Origin: Balanoglossus misakiensis
Taxonomy: Eukaryota; Animalia; Hemichordata
Direction of reading: 5' to 3'
DNA: 64,000 bases
Assembly: GCA_040954595.2 (NCBI GenBank)
Contig: CM082583.2
Span: 1,312,925-1,376,924 of the forward strand
Every line of letters begins with the position of its first letter. The stretch's first letter is position 1. The notes beneath the pieces were generated by a model. It did no database searches. It was given only the letters and a program-made list of their open reading frames with translations, and was not told where the DNA came from. Made by a program: the position numbers and the translations under genes. Positions 24,101 through 39,076 of this stretch are shown here, piece after piece.

Positions 24101-27100
24101 TACGTCGGATTTCCTACGGCCTGGTTTAGCTGAAGCCCCGGCACTTTAGAGCGGAAACACGCGTACATTGACCACGATGATCAAGTCAGATCTCCTACGG
24201 CCTGGCTCAACTAACACCCCGGCACACCATGACAGACACTAGCGTTCGTTAGCAACGGTGATCAAGTCGGATTTCCTTCGGCCTGGCTCTGCAAAAGACC
24301 CGACACTCTAGTACAAAGACGTTGGCTAAGTCGGGCAAACCGAAGAGGGAAAGTCACAGTGGGTCAACACTCGACATTTGGTCGGGTAGGACTGCATTAT
24401 TGCCTGTCAATTTATAGAGAAAGCCCGAATTTAACCAGGTCGTTTCAAACACCGACGTTAGTTGGGGGCACGGCCTGCAGTACTGCCGGGTAAGCTGACA
24501 TCGGTGTACCGCATATAATGTAGGGGGGGGGGGGGAAACAGAACGGTTCAATACTACATTTATTAGATATCAGCTAATTTTGGACAATCATCTAAAATCT
24601 AAATCATTTTTTCATATTTGGATATCTGATGATGTATGAAATTTCCATTATATGTAAAAATGGTGCTGATTATAAAAAATGCACTCTGAATGAGCTGATT
24701 TAATACAAAATTACATTTTATTCGTTTTTGCACCTAAAAGGTCATTTTTAGGCAAAACATTCTTTATTTTTTTAATTCGGTGACCTGATCATATATAAAG
24801 AATTACTTGTATGTTAAAAGTTTTTATGACTTTTAAAAGCAGTGACACTGGCGGCACCAACGCGAAAATAACAATTTTAGCCACAATTCGGTCAAAATGG
24901 AAAATTTTTTCAAAATTACAAAAAATACCTGTTTTCTACATTTTCGGAAATCTGATGGAGTATAGAATGCTCTTCGTATGTATATATCGATACAAATTCC
25001 ACAAAAGACCGTCTAATTTGGCTCACTGCAGACAAAATTGCGTTTTACCAAATTTTCCTTGAAAATGTCATTTTTAGAAAAAAAATAAAAAAACCTTTGT
25101 TCTACGAATTTGGTGCCCCGATCATATATGACATGTTGATTGTATGTTAAAACTTTCGACCACTCCAAAAATGCAGAGATATTGACGGAATTCAAGAAAA
25201 AATAGCCATGTTGGCCATATTTTGACAAAAATGGTAAATTTTTAAAAAATCATAAAAAAATAACTCTTTTCTTCATTTTCGGAAATATCATGGAGCATGA
25301 AGTGTCGTTCTCTTGTAAAAAGTGCTGCAAATTCCAGAAAAGGTGGTATAATTTGAATCACACATGACAAAATTACCATTTTCGCCTTTTTTTTCGAAAA
25401 ATTGTCTTTTTTACAAAATAAATAAAAATAAATTCCTTTCTTAGTTTCAAACGGGTAGAGACACTTTCCACACGGGTTTTCTAACATTGAATTCCCGTTC
25501 ATCAGCTCTGATTTCCTACAGCATAAATCGGCTAAAACCCTGACACTCTAGAGCAGGAACAGTTGCACACTGGTAACGTTGAACAAGTCGATTTTTTTAC
25601 AGCCTGGCTCGGCTAAATCTCCGTCACAATATGACAGACACTAGCGTACGTTAGCAACGGTGATCAAGTCAGATTTTCTACGGCATGGCTTGGATAAAGC
25701 CGCGGCACTCTAGAGCAGAAACACGCGTACAGAGACCACGTTGATCAAGTCTGATCTCCTACGGCTTGGCTCGACTAAAAACCCCGGCACACTATGACAG
25801 ACACTAGCGTTCGTTAGCAACGTTGATCAAGACAGATTTCCTACGGCATGGCTTTGCTAAAGCCCTGACACTCTAGAGCAGAAACACGAGTACAGAGACC
25901 ACGTTGATCTACTCACATTTCCTTCGGCCTTGCACGGCTGATGCCCCGGCACTATATATAGGACACAGACTGGCGTAAGATAACAACGGTAATCACGTCG
26001 GGTTTCCTACGGCCTGGCTCAGCTGAAGCCCCGGCACTCTAGAGCAGAAACAGGCGTACATTGACCACGTTGATCAAGTCAGATTTCCTGCGGCGTGACT
26101 CGGCTGGTGCACCGGCTCTATATGACACAGACTGTCGTAAGTTATCAACGGTGATTACGTCGGATTTCCTACGGCCTGGTTTAGCTGAAACCCCGGCACT
26201 TTAGAGCGGAAACACGCTTACATAGACCACGATGATCAAGTCAGATCTCGTACGGCCTGGCTCGACTAAAACCCCGGCACACCATGACAGACACTAGCGT
26301 TCGTTAGCAACGGTGATCAAGTCGGATTTCCATCGGCCTGGCTCTGCAAAAGACCCGACACTCTAGTACAAAGACGTTGGCTAAGTCGGGCAAACCGAAG
26401 AGGGAAAGTCACAGCGGGTCAACACTCGACATTTGTTCGGGTAGGACTGCATTATTGCCTGTCAATTTATAGAGAAAGCCCGAATTTAACCAGGGCGTTT
26501 CAAACACCGACGTTAGTTGGGGGCACGGCCTGCAGAACTGCCGGGTAAGCTGACATCGGCGTACCGCATATACATGTAATGTAGGGGGGGGGGGAACAGA
26601 ACGGTTCAATACTACATTTATTAGATATCAGCTAATTTTGGACAATCATCTTAAATCTAAATCATTTTTTCATATTTGGATATCTGATGATGTATGAAAT
26701 TTCCATTATATGTAAAAATGGTGCTCATTATAAAAAATGCATTCTGATTTAATACAAAATTGCGTTTTATTCGTTTTTGCACCAAAAAGGTCATTTTTAG
26801 GCAAAACATTCTTTATTTTATTAATTCGGTGACCTGATCATATATAAACAATTGCTTGTATGTTAAAAGTTTTTATGACTTTTAAAAGCAGTGACACTGG
26901 CGGCATTCAACACGAAAATAACAATTTTAGCCACAATTTGGTCAAAATAGTAAATTTTTGAAAATTACAAAAAATACCTGTTTTCTACATTTTCGGAAAT
27001 CTGATGGAGTATAGAATGCTCTTCGTATGTATAAATCGATACAAATTCCACAAAAGACCGTCTAATTTGGCTCACTGCAGACAAAATTGCGTTTTACTAA

Positions 27101-30100
27101 ATTTTCCTTGAAAATGTCATTTTTAGAAAAAAAAAAAAAAAAACCTTTGTTCTTCGAATTTGGTGCCCTGATCATATATGACATGTTGATTGTATGTTAA
27201 AACTTTTGACCACTCCAAAAATGCAGAGATATTGACGGAATTCAAGAAAAAATAGCCATTTTGGCCATATTTTGACAGAAATGGTAAATTTTAGAAAAAT
27301 CTTAAACAATTAACTCTTTTCTTCATTTTCGGAAATATTATGGAGCATGAATTGTCGTTCTCTTGTAAAAAGTGCTGCAAATTCCAGAAAAGGCGGTAAA
27401 ATTTGAATCACCCAAGACAAAATTACCATTTTCGACTTTTTTCGAAAAATTGTCTTTTTTACAAAATAAATAAGAATAAATTCTTTTCTTAGTTTCAAAC
27501 AGGTAGAGATACTTTCCACACGGGTTTTCTAACATTGAATTCCCGTTCATCAACTCAGATTTCCTACAGCATAAGTCGGCTAAAACCCTGACACTCTAGA
27601 GCAGAAACAGTTGCACACTGGTAACGTTGAACAAGTCGATTTTTCTACGGCCTGGCTCGGCTAAATCTCCGTCACAATATGACAGACACTAGCGTACGTT
27701 AGCAACGGTGATCAAGTCAGATTTTCTACGGCATGGCTTGGATAAAGCCCCGGCACTCTAGAGCAGAAACACGCGAACAGAGACCACGTTGATCAAGTCT
27801 GATCTCCTACGGCTTGGCTCGACTGAAACCCCGGCACACTATGACAGACACTAGCGTTCGTTAGCAACGTTGATCAAGTCAGATTTCCTACGGCATGGCT
27901 TGGCTAAAGCCCTGGCACTCTAGAGCAGAAACACGCGTACAGAGACCACGTTGATCTACTCACATTTCCTTCGGCCTGGCACGGCTGATGCCCCGGCTCT
28001 ATATGACACAGACTGGCGTAAGTTATCAACGGTGATTACGTCGGATTTCCTACGGCCTGGTTTAGCTGAAGCCCCGGCACTTTAGAGCGTAAACACGCGT
28101 ACATTGACCACGATGATCAAGTTAGATCTCCTACGGCCTGGCTCGACTAAAACCCCGGCACACCATGACAGACACTAGCGTTCGTTAGCAACGTTGATCA
28201 AGTTGGATTTCCTTCGGCCTGGCTCTGCAAAAGACCCGACACATTAGTACAAAGACGTTGGCTAAGTCGGGCAAACCGAAGAGGGAAAGTCACAGCGGGT
28301 CAACACTCGACATTTGTTCGGGTAGGACTGCATTATTGCCTGTCAATTTATAGAGAAAGCTCGAATTTAACCAGGGCGTTTCAAACACCGACGTTAGTTG
28401 GGGGCACGGCCTGCAGTACTGCCGGTTAAGCTGACATCGGCGTACCGCATGTAATGTAGGGGGGGGGGGAACAGAACGGTTCAATACTACATTTATCAGA
28501 TATCAGCTAATTTTGGACAATCATCTTAAATATATCTAATTCATTTTTTCATATTTGGATATCTGATGATGTATGAAATTTCCATTATACGTAAAAATGG
28601 TGCTGATTATAAAAATGCACTCTGAATGAGCTGATTTAATACAAAATTGCGTTTTATTCGTTTTTGCACCAAAAAGGTCATTTTTAGGCAAAACATTCTT
28701 TATTTTTTTAATTCGGTGACCTGATCATATATAAACAATTGCTTGTATGCTAAAAGTTTTTATGACTTTTAAAAGCAGTGACACTGGCGGCATTCAACAC
28801 GAAAATAACAATTTTAGCCACAATTTGGTCAAAATGGTAAATTTTTGAAAATTACAAAAAATACCTGTTTTCTACATTTTCGGAAATCTGATGGAGTATA
28901 GAATGCTCTTCGTATGTATATATCGATACAAATTCCACAAAAGACCGTCTAATTTGGCTCACTGCAGACAAAATTGCGTTTTACTCAATTTTCCTTAAAA
29001 ATGTCATTTTTAGAAAAAAAATAAAAAAACCTTTGTTCTTCGAATTTGGTGCCCTGATCATATATGACATGTTGATTGTATGTTAAAACTTTCGACCACT
29101 CCAAAAATGCAGAGATATTGACGGAATTCAAGAAAAAATAGCCATTTTGGCCATATTTTGACAAAAATGGTAAATTTTAGAAAAATCATAAACAATTAAC
29201 TCTTTTCTTCATTTTCGGAAATATTATGGAGCATGAATTGTCGTTCTCTTGTAAAAAGTGATGCAAATTCCAGAAAAGGCGGTATAATTTGAATCACCCA
29301 AGACAAAATTACCATTTTCGACTTTTTTTCGAAAAATTGTCTTTTTTACAAAATAAATAAGAATAAATTCTTTTCTTAGTTTCAAACGGGTAGAGATACT
29401 TTCCACACAGGTTTTCTAACATTGAATTCCCGTTCATCAACTCAGATTTCCTACAGCATAAGTCGGCTAAAACCCTGACACTCTAGAGCAGAAACAGTTG
29501 CACACTGTTAACGTTGAACAAGTCGATTTTTCTACGGCCTGGCTCGGCTAAATCTCCGTCACAATATGACAGACACTAGCGTACGTTAGCAACGGTGATC
29601 AAGTCAGATTTTCTACGGCATGGCTTGGATAAAGCCCCGGCACTCTAGAGCAGAAACAGGCTAACATTGACCACGTTGATCAAGGCAGATTTCCTACGGC
29701 GTGACTCGGCTGGTGCACCGGCTCTATATGACACAGACTGGCGTAAGTTATCAACGGTGATTACGTCGGATTTCCTACGGCCTGGTTTAGCTGAAGCCCC
29801 GGCACTTTCGAGCGGAAACACGCGTACATTGACCACGATGATCAAGTCAGATCTCCTACGGCCTGGCTCGACTAAAACCCCGGCACACCATGACAGACAC
29901 TAGCGTTCGTTAGCAACGGTGATCAAGTCGGATTTCCTTCGGCCTGGCTCTGCAAAAGACCCGACACTCTAGTACAAAGACGTTGGCTAAGACGGGCAAA
30001 CCGAAGAGGGAAAGTCACAGCCGTTCAACACTTGACATTTGTTCGGGTAGGACTGCATTATTACCTGTCAATTTATAGAGAAAGCCCGAATTTAACCAGG

Positions 30101-33100
30101 GCGTTTCAAACACCGACGTTAGTTGGGGGCACGGCCTGCAGTACTGCCGGGTAAGCTGACATCGGCGTACCGCATATAATGTAGGGGGGGGGGGGGGGAA
30201 ACAGAACGGTTCAATACTACATTTATTTGATATCAGCTAATTTTGGACAATCATCTAAAATCTAAATCATTTTTTTCATATTTGGATATCTGATGATGTA
30301 TGAAATTTCCATTATATGTTAAAATGGTGCTGATTATAAAAAATGCACTCTGAATGAGCTGATTTAATACAAAATTGCGTTTTATTCTTTTTTGCACCAA
30401 AAAGGTCATTTTTAGGCAAAACATTCTTTATTTTTTTAATTCGGTGACCTGATCATATATAAACAATTGCTTGTATGTTAAAAGTTTTTATGACTTTTAA
30501 AAGCAGTGACACTGGCGGCATTCAACACGAAAATAACAATTTTAGCCACAATTTGGTCAAAATGGTAAATTTTTGAAAATTACAAAAAAACCTGTTTTCT
30601 ACATTTTCGGAAATCTGATGGAGTATAGAATGCTCTTCGTATGTATATATCGATACAAATTCCACAAAAGACCGTCTAATTTCGCTCACTGCAGACAAAA
30701 TTGCGTTTTACCAAATTTTCCTTGAAAATGTCATTTTTAGAAAAACAAATAAAAAAACCTTTGTTCTTCGAATTTGGTGCCCTGATCATATATGACATGT
30801 TGATTGTATGTTAAAACTTTCGACCACTCCAAAAATGCAGAGATATTGACGGAATTCAAGAAAAAATAGCCATTTTGGCCATATTTTGACAAAAATGGTA
30901 ATTTTTTAAAAAATCATAAAAAATTAACTCTTTTCTTCATTTTCGGAAATATTATGGAGCATGAAGTGTCGTTCTCTTGTAAAAAGTGCTGCAAATTCCA
31001 GAAAAGGCGGTATAATTTAAATCACCCAAGACAAAATTACCATTTTCGACTTTTTTTTCGAAAAATTGTCTTTTTTACAAAATAAATAAGAATAAATTCT
31101 TTTCTTAGTTTCAAACGGGTAGAGATACTTTCCACACAGGTTTTCTAACATTGAATTCCAGTTCATCAACTCAGATTTCCTACAGCATAAGTCGGCTAAA
31201 ACCCTGATACTCTAGAGCAGAAACAGTTGCACACTGGTAACGTTGAACAAGTCGATTTTTCTACGGCCTGGCTCGGCTAAATCTCCGTCACAATATGACA
31301 GACACTAGCGTACGTAAGCAACGGTGATCAAGTCAGATTTTCTACGGCATGGCTTGGATAAAGCCCCGGCACTCTAGAGCAGAAACAGGCTAACATTGAC
31401 CACGTTGATCAAGGCAGATTTCCTACGGCGTGACTCGGCTGGTGCACCGGCTCTATATGACACAGACTGGCGTAAGTTATCAACGGTGATTACGTCGGAT
31501 TTCCTACGGCCTGGTTTAGCTGAAGCCCCGGCACTTTCGAGCGGAAACACGCGTACATTGACCACGATGATCAAGTCAGATCTCCTACGGCCTGGCTCGA
31601 CTAAAACCCCGGCACACCATGACAGACACTAGCGTTCGTTAGCAACGGTGATCAAGTCGGATTTCCTTCGGCCTGGCTCTGCAAAAGACCCGACACTCTA
31701 GTACAAAGACGTTGGCTAAGACGGGCAAACCGAAGAGGGAAAGTCACAGCCGTTCAACACTTGACATTTGTTCGGGTAGGACTGCATTATTACCTGTCAA
31801 TTTATAGAGAAAGCCCGAATTTAACCAGGGCGTTTCAAACACCGACGTTAGTTGGGGGCACGGCCTGCAGTACTGCCGGGTAAGCTGACATCGGCGTACC
31901 GCATATAGTGTAGGGGGGGGGGGGGGAACAGAACGGTTCAATACTACATTTATTTGATATCAGCTAATTTTGGACAATCATCTAAAATCTAAATCATTTT
32001 TTTCATATTTGGATATCTGATGATGTATGAAATTTCCATTATATGTAAAAATGGTGCTGATTATAAAAAATGCACTCTGAATGAGCTGATTTAATACAAA
32101 ACTGCGTTTTATTCGTTTTTGCACCAAAAAGGTCATTTTTAGGCAAAACATTCTTTATTTTTTTAATTCGGTGACCTGATCATATATAAACAATTGCTTG
32201 TATGTTAAAAGTTTTTATGACTTTTAAAAGCAGTGACACTGGCGGCATTCAACACGAAAATAACAATTTTAGCCACAATTTGGTCAAAATGGTAAATTTT
32301 TGAAAATTACAAAAAAACCTGTTTTCTACATTTTCGGAAATCTGATGGAGTATAGAATGCTCTTCGTATGTATATATCGATACAAATTCCACAAAAGACC
32401 GTCTAATTTCGCTCACTGCAGACAAAATTGCGTTTTACCAAATTTTCCTTGAAAATGTCATTTTTAGAAAAACAAATAAAAAAACCTTTGTTCTTCGAAT
32501 TTGGTGCCCTGATCATATATGACATGTTGATTGTATGTTAAAACTTTCGACCACTCCAAAAATGCAGAGATATTGACGGAATTCAAGAAAAAATAGCCAT
32601 TTTTGGCCATATTTTGACAAAAATGGTAAATTTTTAAAAAATCATAAAAAATTAACTCTTTTCTTCATTTTCGGAAATATTATGGAGCATGAAGTGTCGT
32701 TCTCTTGTAAAAAGTGCTGCAAATTCCAGAAAAGGCGGTATAATTTGAATCACCCAAGACAAAATTACCATTTTCGACTTTTTTTCGAAAAATTGTCTTT
32801 TTTACAAAATAACTAAGAATAAATTCTTTTCTTAGTTTCAAACGGGTAGAGATACTTTCCACACGGGTTTTCTAACATTGAATTCCCGTTCATCAACTCA
32901 GATTTCCTACAGCATAAGTCGGCTAAAACCCTGACATTCTAGAGCAGAAACAGTTGCACACTGGTAACGTTGAACAAGTCGATTTTTCTACGGCCTGGCT
33001 CGGCTAAATCTCCGTCACAATATGACAGACACTAGCGTACGTTAGCAACGGTGATCAAGTCAGATTTTCTACGGCATGGCTTGGATAAAGCCCCGGCACT

Positions 33101-34809
33101 CTAGAGCAGAAACACGCGTACAGAGACCACGTTGATCAAGTCTGATCTCCTACGGCTTGGCTCGACTAAAACCCCGGCACACTATGACAGACACTAGCGT
33201 TCGTTAGCAACGTTGATCAAGTGAGATTTCCTACGGCATGGCTTGGCTAAAGCCCTGGCACTCTAGAGCAGAAACACGCGTACAGAGACCACGTTGATCT
33301 ACTCACATTTTCTTCGGCCTGGCACGGCTGATGCCCCGGCACTATATATAGGACACAGACTGGCGTAAGTTAACAACGGTAATCACGTCGGGTTTCCTAC
33401 GGCCTGGCTCAGCTGAAGCCCCGGCACTCTAGAGCAGAAACAGGCGTACATTGACCACGTTGATCAAGCCAGATTTCCTACGGCGTGACTCCGCTGGTGC
33501 ACCGGCTCTATATGACACAGACTGGCGTAAGTTATCAACGGTGATTACGTCGGATTTCCTACGGCCTGGTTTAGCTGAAGCCCCGGCACTTTCGAGCGGA
33601 AACACGCGTACATTGACCACGATGATCAAGTCAGATCTCCTACGGCCTGGCTCGACTAAAACCCCGGCACACCATGACAGACACTAGCGTTCGTTAGCAA
33701 CTGTGATCAAGTCGGATTTCCTTCGGCCTGGCTCTGCAAAAGACCCGACACTCTAGTACAAAGACGTTGGCTAAGACGGGCAAACCGAAGAGGGAATGTC
33801 ACAGCCGTAAAACACTTGACATTTGTTCGGGTAGGACTGCATTATTGCCTGTCAATTTATAGAGAAAGCCCGAATTTAACCAGGGCGTTTCAAACACCGA
33901 CGTTAGTTGGGGGCACGGCCTGCAGTACTGCCGGGTAAGCTGAAATCGGCGTACCGCATATAATGTAAGGGAGGGGGGGGGGGAAACGGAACAGTTCATT
34001 ACTACATTTATTAGATATCAGCTAATTTTGGACAATCATCTAAAATCTAAATCATTTTTTCATATTTGGATATCTGATGATGTAGGAAATTTCCATTATA
34101 TGTAAAATTGGTGCTGATTATAAAAAATGCACTCTGAATGAGCTGATTTAATACAAAATTGCGTTTTATTCGTTTTTACACCAAAAAGGTCATTTTTAGG
34201 CAAAACATTCTTTATTTTTTTTAATTCGGTGACCTGATCATATATAAAGAATTGCTTGTATGTTAAAAGTTTTTATGACTTTTAAAAGCAGTGACACTGG
34301 CGGCATTCAACACGAAAATAACAATTAGGTCGAAATGGTAAATTTTTGAAAATTACAAAAAATACCTGTTTTCTACATTTTCGGAAATCTGATGGAGATA
34401 GAATGCTCTTCGTATGTATATATCGATACAAATTCCACAAAAGACCGTCTAATTTGGCTCACTGCAGACAAAATTGCGTTTTACCAAATTTTCCTTGAAA
34501 ATGTCATTTTTAGAAAAAAAACTAGAAAAACCTTTGTTCTTCGAATTTGGTGCCCTGATCATATATGACATGTTGATTGTATGTTAAAACTTTCGACCAC
34601 TCCAAAAATGCAGATAGTCCGTGGGCTGGAGGGGTCCACCGAGCACCCCCCCCCCCCCCCCCATAAACCTACCACTTGGGTATTTTTTTGTTCTTTAGAC
34701 CGTGCTGAACAAGAAAAAAAGATGTTAACATTGAATATTTTGGGTTGCACTACCCCTCCGGGGTGGTTTTTGAATGGTATGTGCCGCTCAAAATGGCGAA
34801 AAATGGGTT

Positions 34810-35819
34810 GGGGTAGGGGGTACTATATTTTCTCCTAAAAAATAAAACTACCATGAAATTACATAAACCTTATATTTTTAGAAAGCTTAGATACTGCTCT
34901 TTACGGGAAGCACAAACTTTATTAAACAATATTTATGAATATTTAATTAGATGATTTTTAAATTAATTTTTTGGGCAATTTTGAAAGTTTTCACTCAAAA
35001 GACAATGTTACAATTGTGATTTTCTTTTTGTGAAGCAAATTTTTGACAACTTTTTAGGTTTGGATTTTTTAATTTTATATATTAAACAAGAAAACAAATG
35101 TTAACATTAGTTATTTAACAATACAATACTTCTTTAGAGACAACTTTGATATGCATGTATCCTATGGGATTACGCATGGTCTTGGGGTAGGGGGTACTAT
35201 ATCCTCTCCTAAAAAAATAAAACTAGCAAAAAATTACATAAACCTTATATTTTTAGAAAGCTTAGACACTGCTCTTTACGGGAAGCACAAACTTAAGTAT
35301 AAAAAAATTATGAATAATTAATTATAAGATTTTTAAATTAATTTTTTCGGCAATTTTGAAAATATTCACCCTAAAGACAACGCAACAATTGTGATTTTCT
35401 TTTTGTGAAGCAAATTTTTGACGTCTTTTGGGGGTTTGGATTATTGACTTCTATTTATTAAACAAGAAAACAAATGTTAACATTAGTTATATAACAATAC
35501 AATACTTCTTTAGAGACAACTTTGAAATGCATGTATCCTATGGGATTACGCATGGTCTTGGGGTAGGGGGTACTATATCCTCTCCTACAACAATAAAGTT
35601 AGCTTCAATGTACATAAACCTTATATTTTTAGAAAGCTTAGACACTGCTCTTTACGGGAAAAGAAAATAGGAGTGAAATTAATTTTTGAATATTTAATTA
35701 TATGATTTTTAAATTATTTTCTTCGGCAATTTTGAAAATATTCACCCCAAAGACAAAGCAACTATTGTGATTTTTCTTTTTGTGAAGCAAATTTTTGACA
35801 ACTTTTTAGGTTTGGATTA
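34810..35819. repeat. ~375-bp internal tandem repeats (~2.7 copies) of the TIR element
   Basis: GGGGTAGGGGGTACTATAT at ~34810, ~35184, ~35560; TAGAAAGCTTAGA.ACTGCTCTTTACGGGAA three times. Confidence 0.85.
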
Positions 35820-38467
35820 TTTTTTTTATTGTCATAAACTAGACAAAACATCTCTACATCTCAAAAGAAAACAAAATGTTCAAGTACAGAATTTTTTGAA
35901 AATATTCCAGTACCTGTAGTGTGTGTGATTCTCCATTGCCTTTGCTTGGTAAGTATCAATTTTTTGTATATTATTGAGGTAAGATAAAAATGTGCGAAGG
36001 TTTGGCAATACTGGCTTAAATTTATATTTAAAGATAAAATTCTTTGAAAGTAATATAAAGTAATTCAGGGCTAACCACTCACCGTTTGTGTGGTTACTTT
36101 GAAAATTCTATTTTATACCCACCAAAACATCAAAAGGGGACAGCTCAATGGCAATATTACACTTTGTCTGTAATTGCAACTCTACATCCTTCCAGAAAGA
36201 CAAAATACAGTCGCATTCGAAAAATAAATGTATAAGGATTTCCTCATAATTTTCACAGAAGGTGCATTTCACAGAATCGCATTTTCCCCCTTATCTTTAA
36301 AAATGTATTTGTAGTACAGATTCTACTAGCAGTTCTGAATTGAAAATTACGCAAAGTAGAATCCTTTGTTACAATAAATGGTAAAGCATAGTGTAATTGC
36401 GAATCAAAATTCCCGAAGAGGTCTTTCCATTTTTGCGTACATCTCATCGGTTTAAGATTATTCTTCAAAAATAACTTATTATAAGTAAAATAGAGTAGGT
36501 TTTTTTCAGGATCTATTTGTGTAAAACATGTTTGGGTGGTCATTATTTACAGAGCCTTGTTGCTGAATCTTTCTGAACCGTGATCTTGGAATAGCGTTGA
36601 TTAAACCCATATGAAGTTTGGTGAAAAATTATGTCTGTTACTAAAATCTTGGAGAGATAAAATGGAACCGGAAAAATCTAATAAATCCGAAATATACATT
36701 ACAACATTATCATACCAGTTTTTATAAAATATGGTAGCGTTGTTAACTTTCAGCTCTGGTTGAACCATATACACTTTTTTATGTTATTAATAGGGTCGGG
36801 GGGGGGGGGAGTTTTTGACCAACATAGTAGTACTGAGTACCAGAAGCTATGACGTGAAAATCTGTTTCTGGCAAACTCCACGACCTGAGCGGGGGTGAAG
36901 TGGGTAAGATAGCAGGGGATATACCCACAGTTTAAACATTTCTATCCACTGAGAATATTGATTGGACATTAATCTGTTAATCCACGAAGCATGCACTGCT
37001 TGAACGAATGAGGGAAGATGGGTCATTCGCAAACCCCACTCATCACAATTACAACATAATCTTAATCTATTGACTTTATCGGGTTTTGAATTCCGATAAA
37101 ACTCTAATAAGTGTACATATTTGATTATCTGACATGGGAGGTAAGGATGAGAAAATATGAATAAACTTTGACAAAGCAAGTGTTTTAGCTATTGTAATCT
37201 TGCCAAATAAGGTCACAGGTCGCCATGACCACTTAGTAAGCAGTGTGGACACTTCCCTTACTTTTGGTGTAAAATTTAACATATCGAGCCCAACAAGATC
37301 AACGTTTAGGTTAATACCAAGAACTGTTAACAGTTCATCAACCCATAATAAGTTCTTGTTTGGCAACAAAATATCATGTGAATGGCATTTAGCGCCAAAC
37401 CAAACCAATTTAGTTTTTTGGTAGTTAATTCGCAAACCCGACAGAAAAGTAAAGAAACCCAAGGTAGCAAACAGATTTGTCAGAGAACTTTCAGAACCAT
37501 CTAAATATACAAAAATATCATCTGCGTATTGCCCCAATAATTTTTTTTTATCTCTAAGTGTAATTCCTTCTATATTACTATGAGCTCTGATTTCATGCGC
37601 AAGTTTTTCAACACAGGTGATAAACAGGTACGGTGATAGAGGATCACCTTGTCTAACACCTCTCTCGAGGGGAAAAATCAGGAAAGTTTCCGTTATTTAT
37701 AACACAACTAGTGGTGTTTTTATAAAACACTTTGACCCATTTTCTGAAAGAGGGATAAAAATTAAACTTTCTCAATGCTTTATCGATAAATTCCCAAGAA
37801 AGCGTGTCAAACGCCATTTCAAAGTCTAGAAGTACAAGAAAACCTTGTCTATCTTTGAAGTTAACAATACATCATCAATCAAACGTGTATTTTCACCAAT
37901 ATACCTTCCTTTCCTCAAAAAAAACTTTCTAGTCAGGGTGAATAATTTTTGGCAAGAACCGTTTCATACGGTTTGCTATAACACCAGATGCAATCTTATC
38001 ATCCGTGTTTAGCAATGTAATACGGCGCCAATTTTTCATGTGAAATATATTCTTGTTGGGTTTCGGGATACAAGTAACAATTCCCCGCTTTTGAGAAATA
38101 GACATTTCGCCTGAGGAGTAGGCGGAATTAATTGCACGGGCTATATAAACACCAATGTCGGGCCAAAAAAATTTCGGCAGAAAAACCGTCTGTTCCTGGT
38201 GACTTATTATTTGCTATTGACTTCAACACTACTCCACATTCATGCTTAGACAGGGCCCCTTCCAAAGAATCCCGTTCCTCAGTACTAAAAGTAGGCAAAG
38301 TATTTCCATGCTGCATAAAATTATCTAACTGATCAATATTGCAAGCAACGTTTTTGGTAGCCGCATATAGATTCCGGTAAAACTTAGATTGTTCACGAAG
38401 GATGTCTTCGTCCTCAGTTATTGTGGAGCCAACACTCAGGCACAGCTAACCGATGGTTTTATTGGTG
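35820..38467 (-). mobile_element. 5'-truncated, degenerate L1/Tx1-clade LINE nested in the TIR element
   Basis: Minus-strand fragments NNKSPGTDGF, WRRITLLNTDDKI, GVRQGDPLSPYLF (~37622-37660), QYADD...SGLRINYQKT, LRNFQFR; AATAAA/oligo-A end at ~35820-35830; many frameshifts. Confidence 0.85.
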
Positions 38468-39076
38468 CAAAATTGCCGAAAAAATTAATTTAAAAATAAT
38501 CTAATTAAATATTCATAAATATTGTTTAATAAAGTTTGTGCTTCCCGTAAAGACCAGTATCTAAGCTTTCTAAAAATATGAGGTTTATATAATTTCATGG
38601 TAGTTTTATTTTTTTAGGAGAGAATATAGTACCCCCTACCCCAACCCATTTTTCGCGGCACATACCATTCAAAAACCACTCCGGAGGGGTAGTGCAACCC
38701 AAAATATTCAATGTTAACATGTTTTTTCTTGTTCAGCACGTTCTAAAAAACAAAAAAATACCCAAGTGGTAGGTTTATGGGGGGGGGGGGGGTGCCTGGT
38801 GGACCCCTTCAGCCCACGGACTAAGAGATATTGACGGAATTCAAGAAAAAATAGCCATTTTGGCCATATTTTGACAAAAATGGTAAATTTTTAAAAAATC
38901 ATAAAAAATTAACTCTTTTTTTCATTTTCGGAAATATTATGGAGCATGAAGTGTCGTTCTCTTGTAAAAAGTGCTGCAAATTCCAGAAAAGGCGGTATAA
39001 TTTGAATCACCCAAGACAAAATTACCATTTTCGACTTTTTTTTCGTAAAATTGTCTTTTTTACAAAATAAATAAGA

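Larger units (their letters stand above)
34615..38823. mobile_element. Non-autonomous long-TIR DNA transposon, Academ-like
   Basis: Ends TAGTCCGTGGGCTG...CAGCCCACGGACTA; inverted homology ~34615-34983 vs ~38468-38823; 3-bp TSD AGA (34612-34614 and 38824-38826) restores satellite CAGAGATATTG. TAG termini with a 3-bp TSD fit Academ. Confidence 0.85.
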
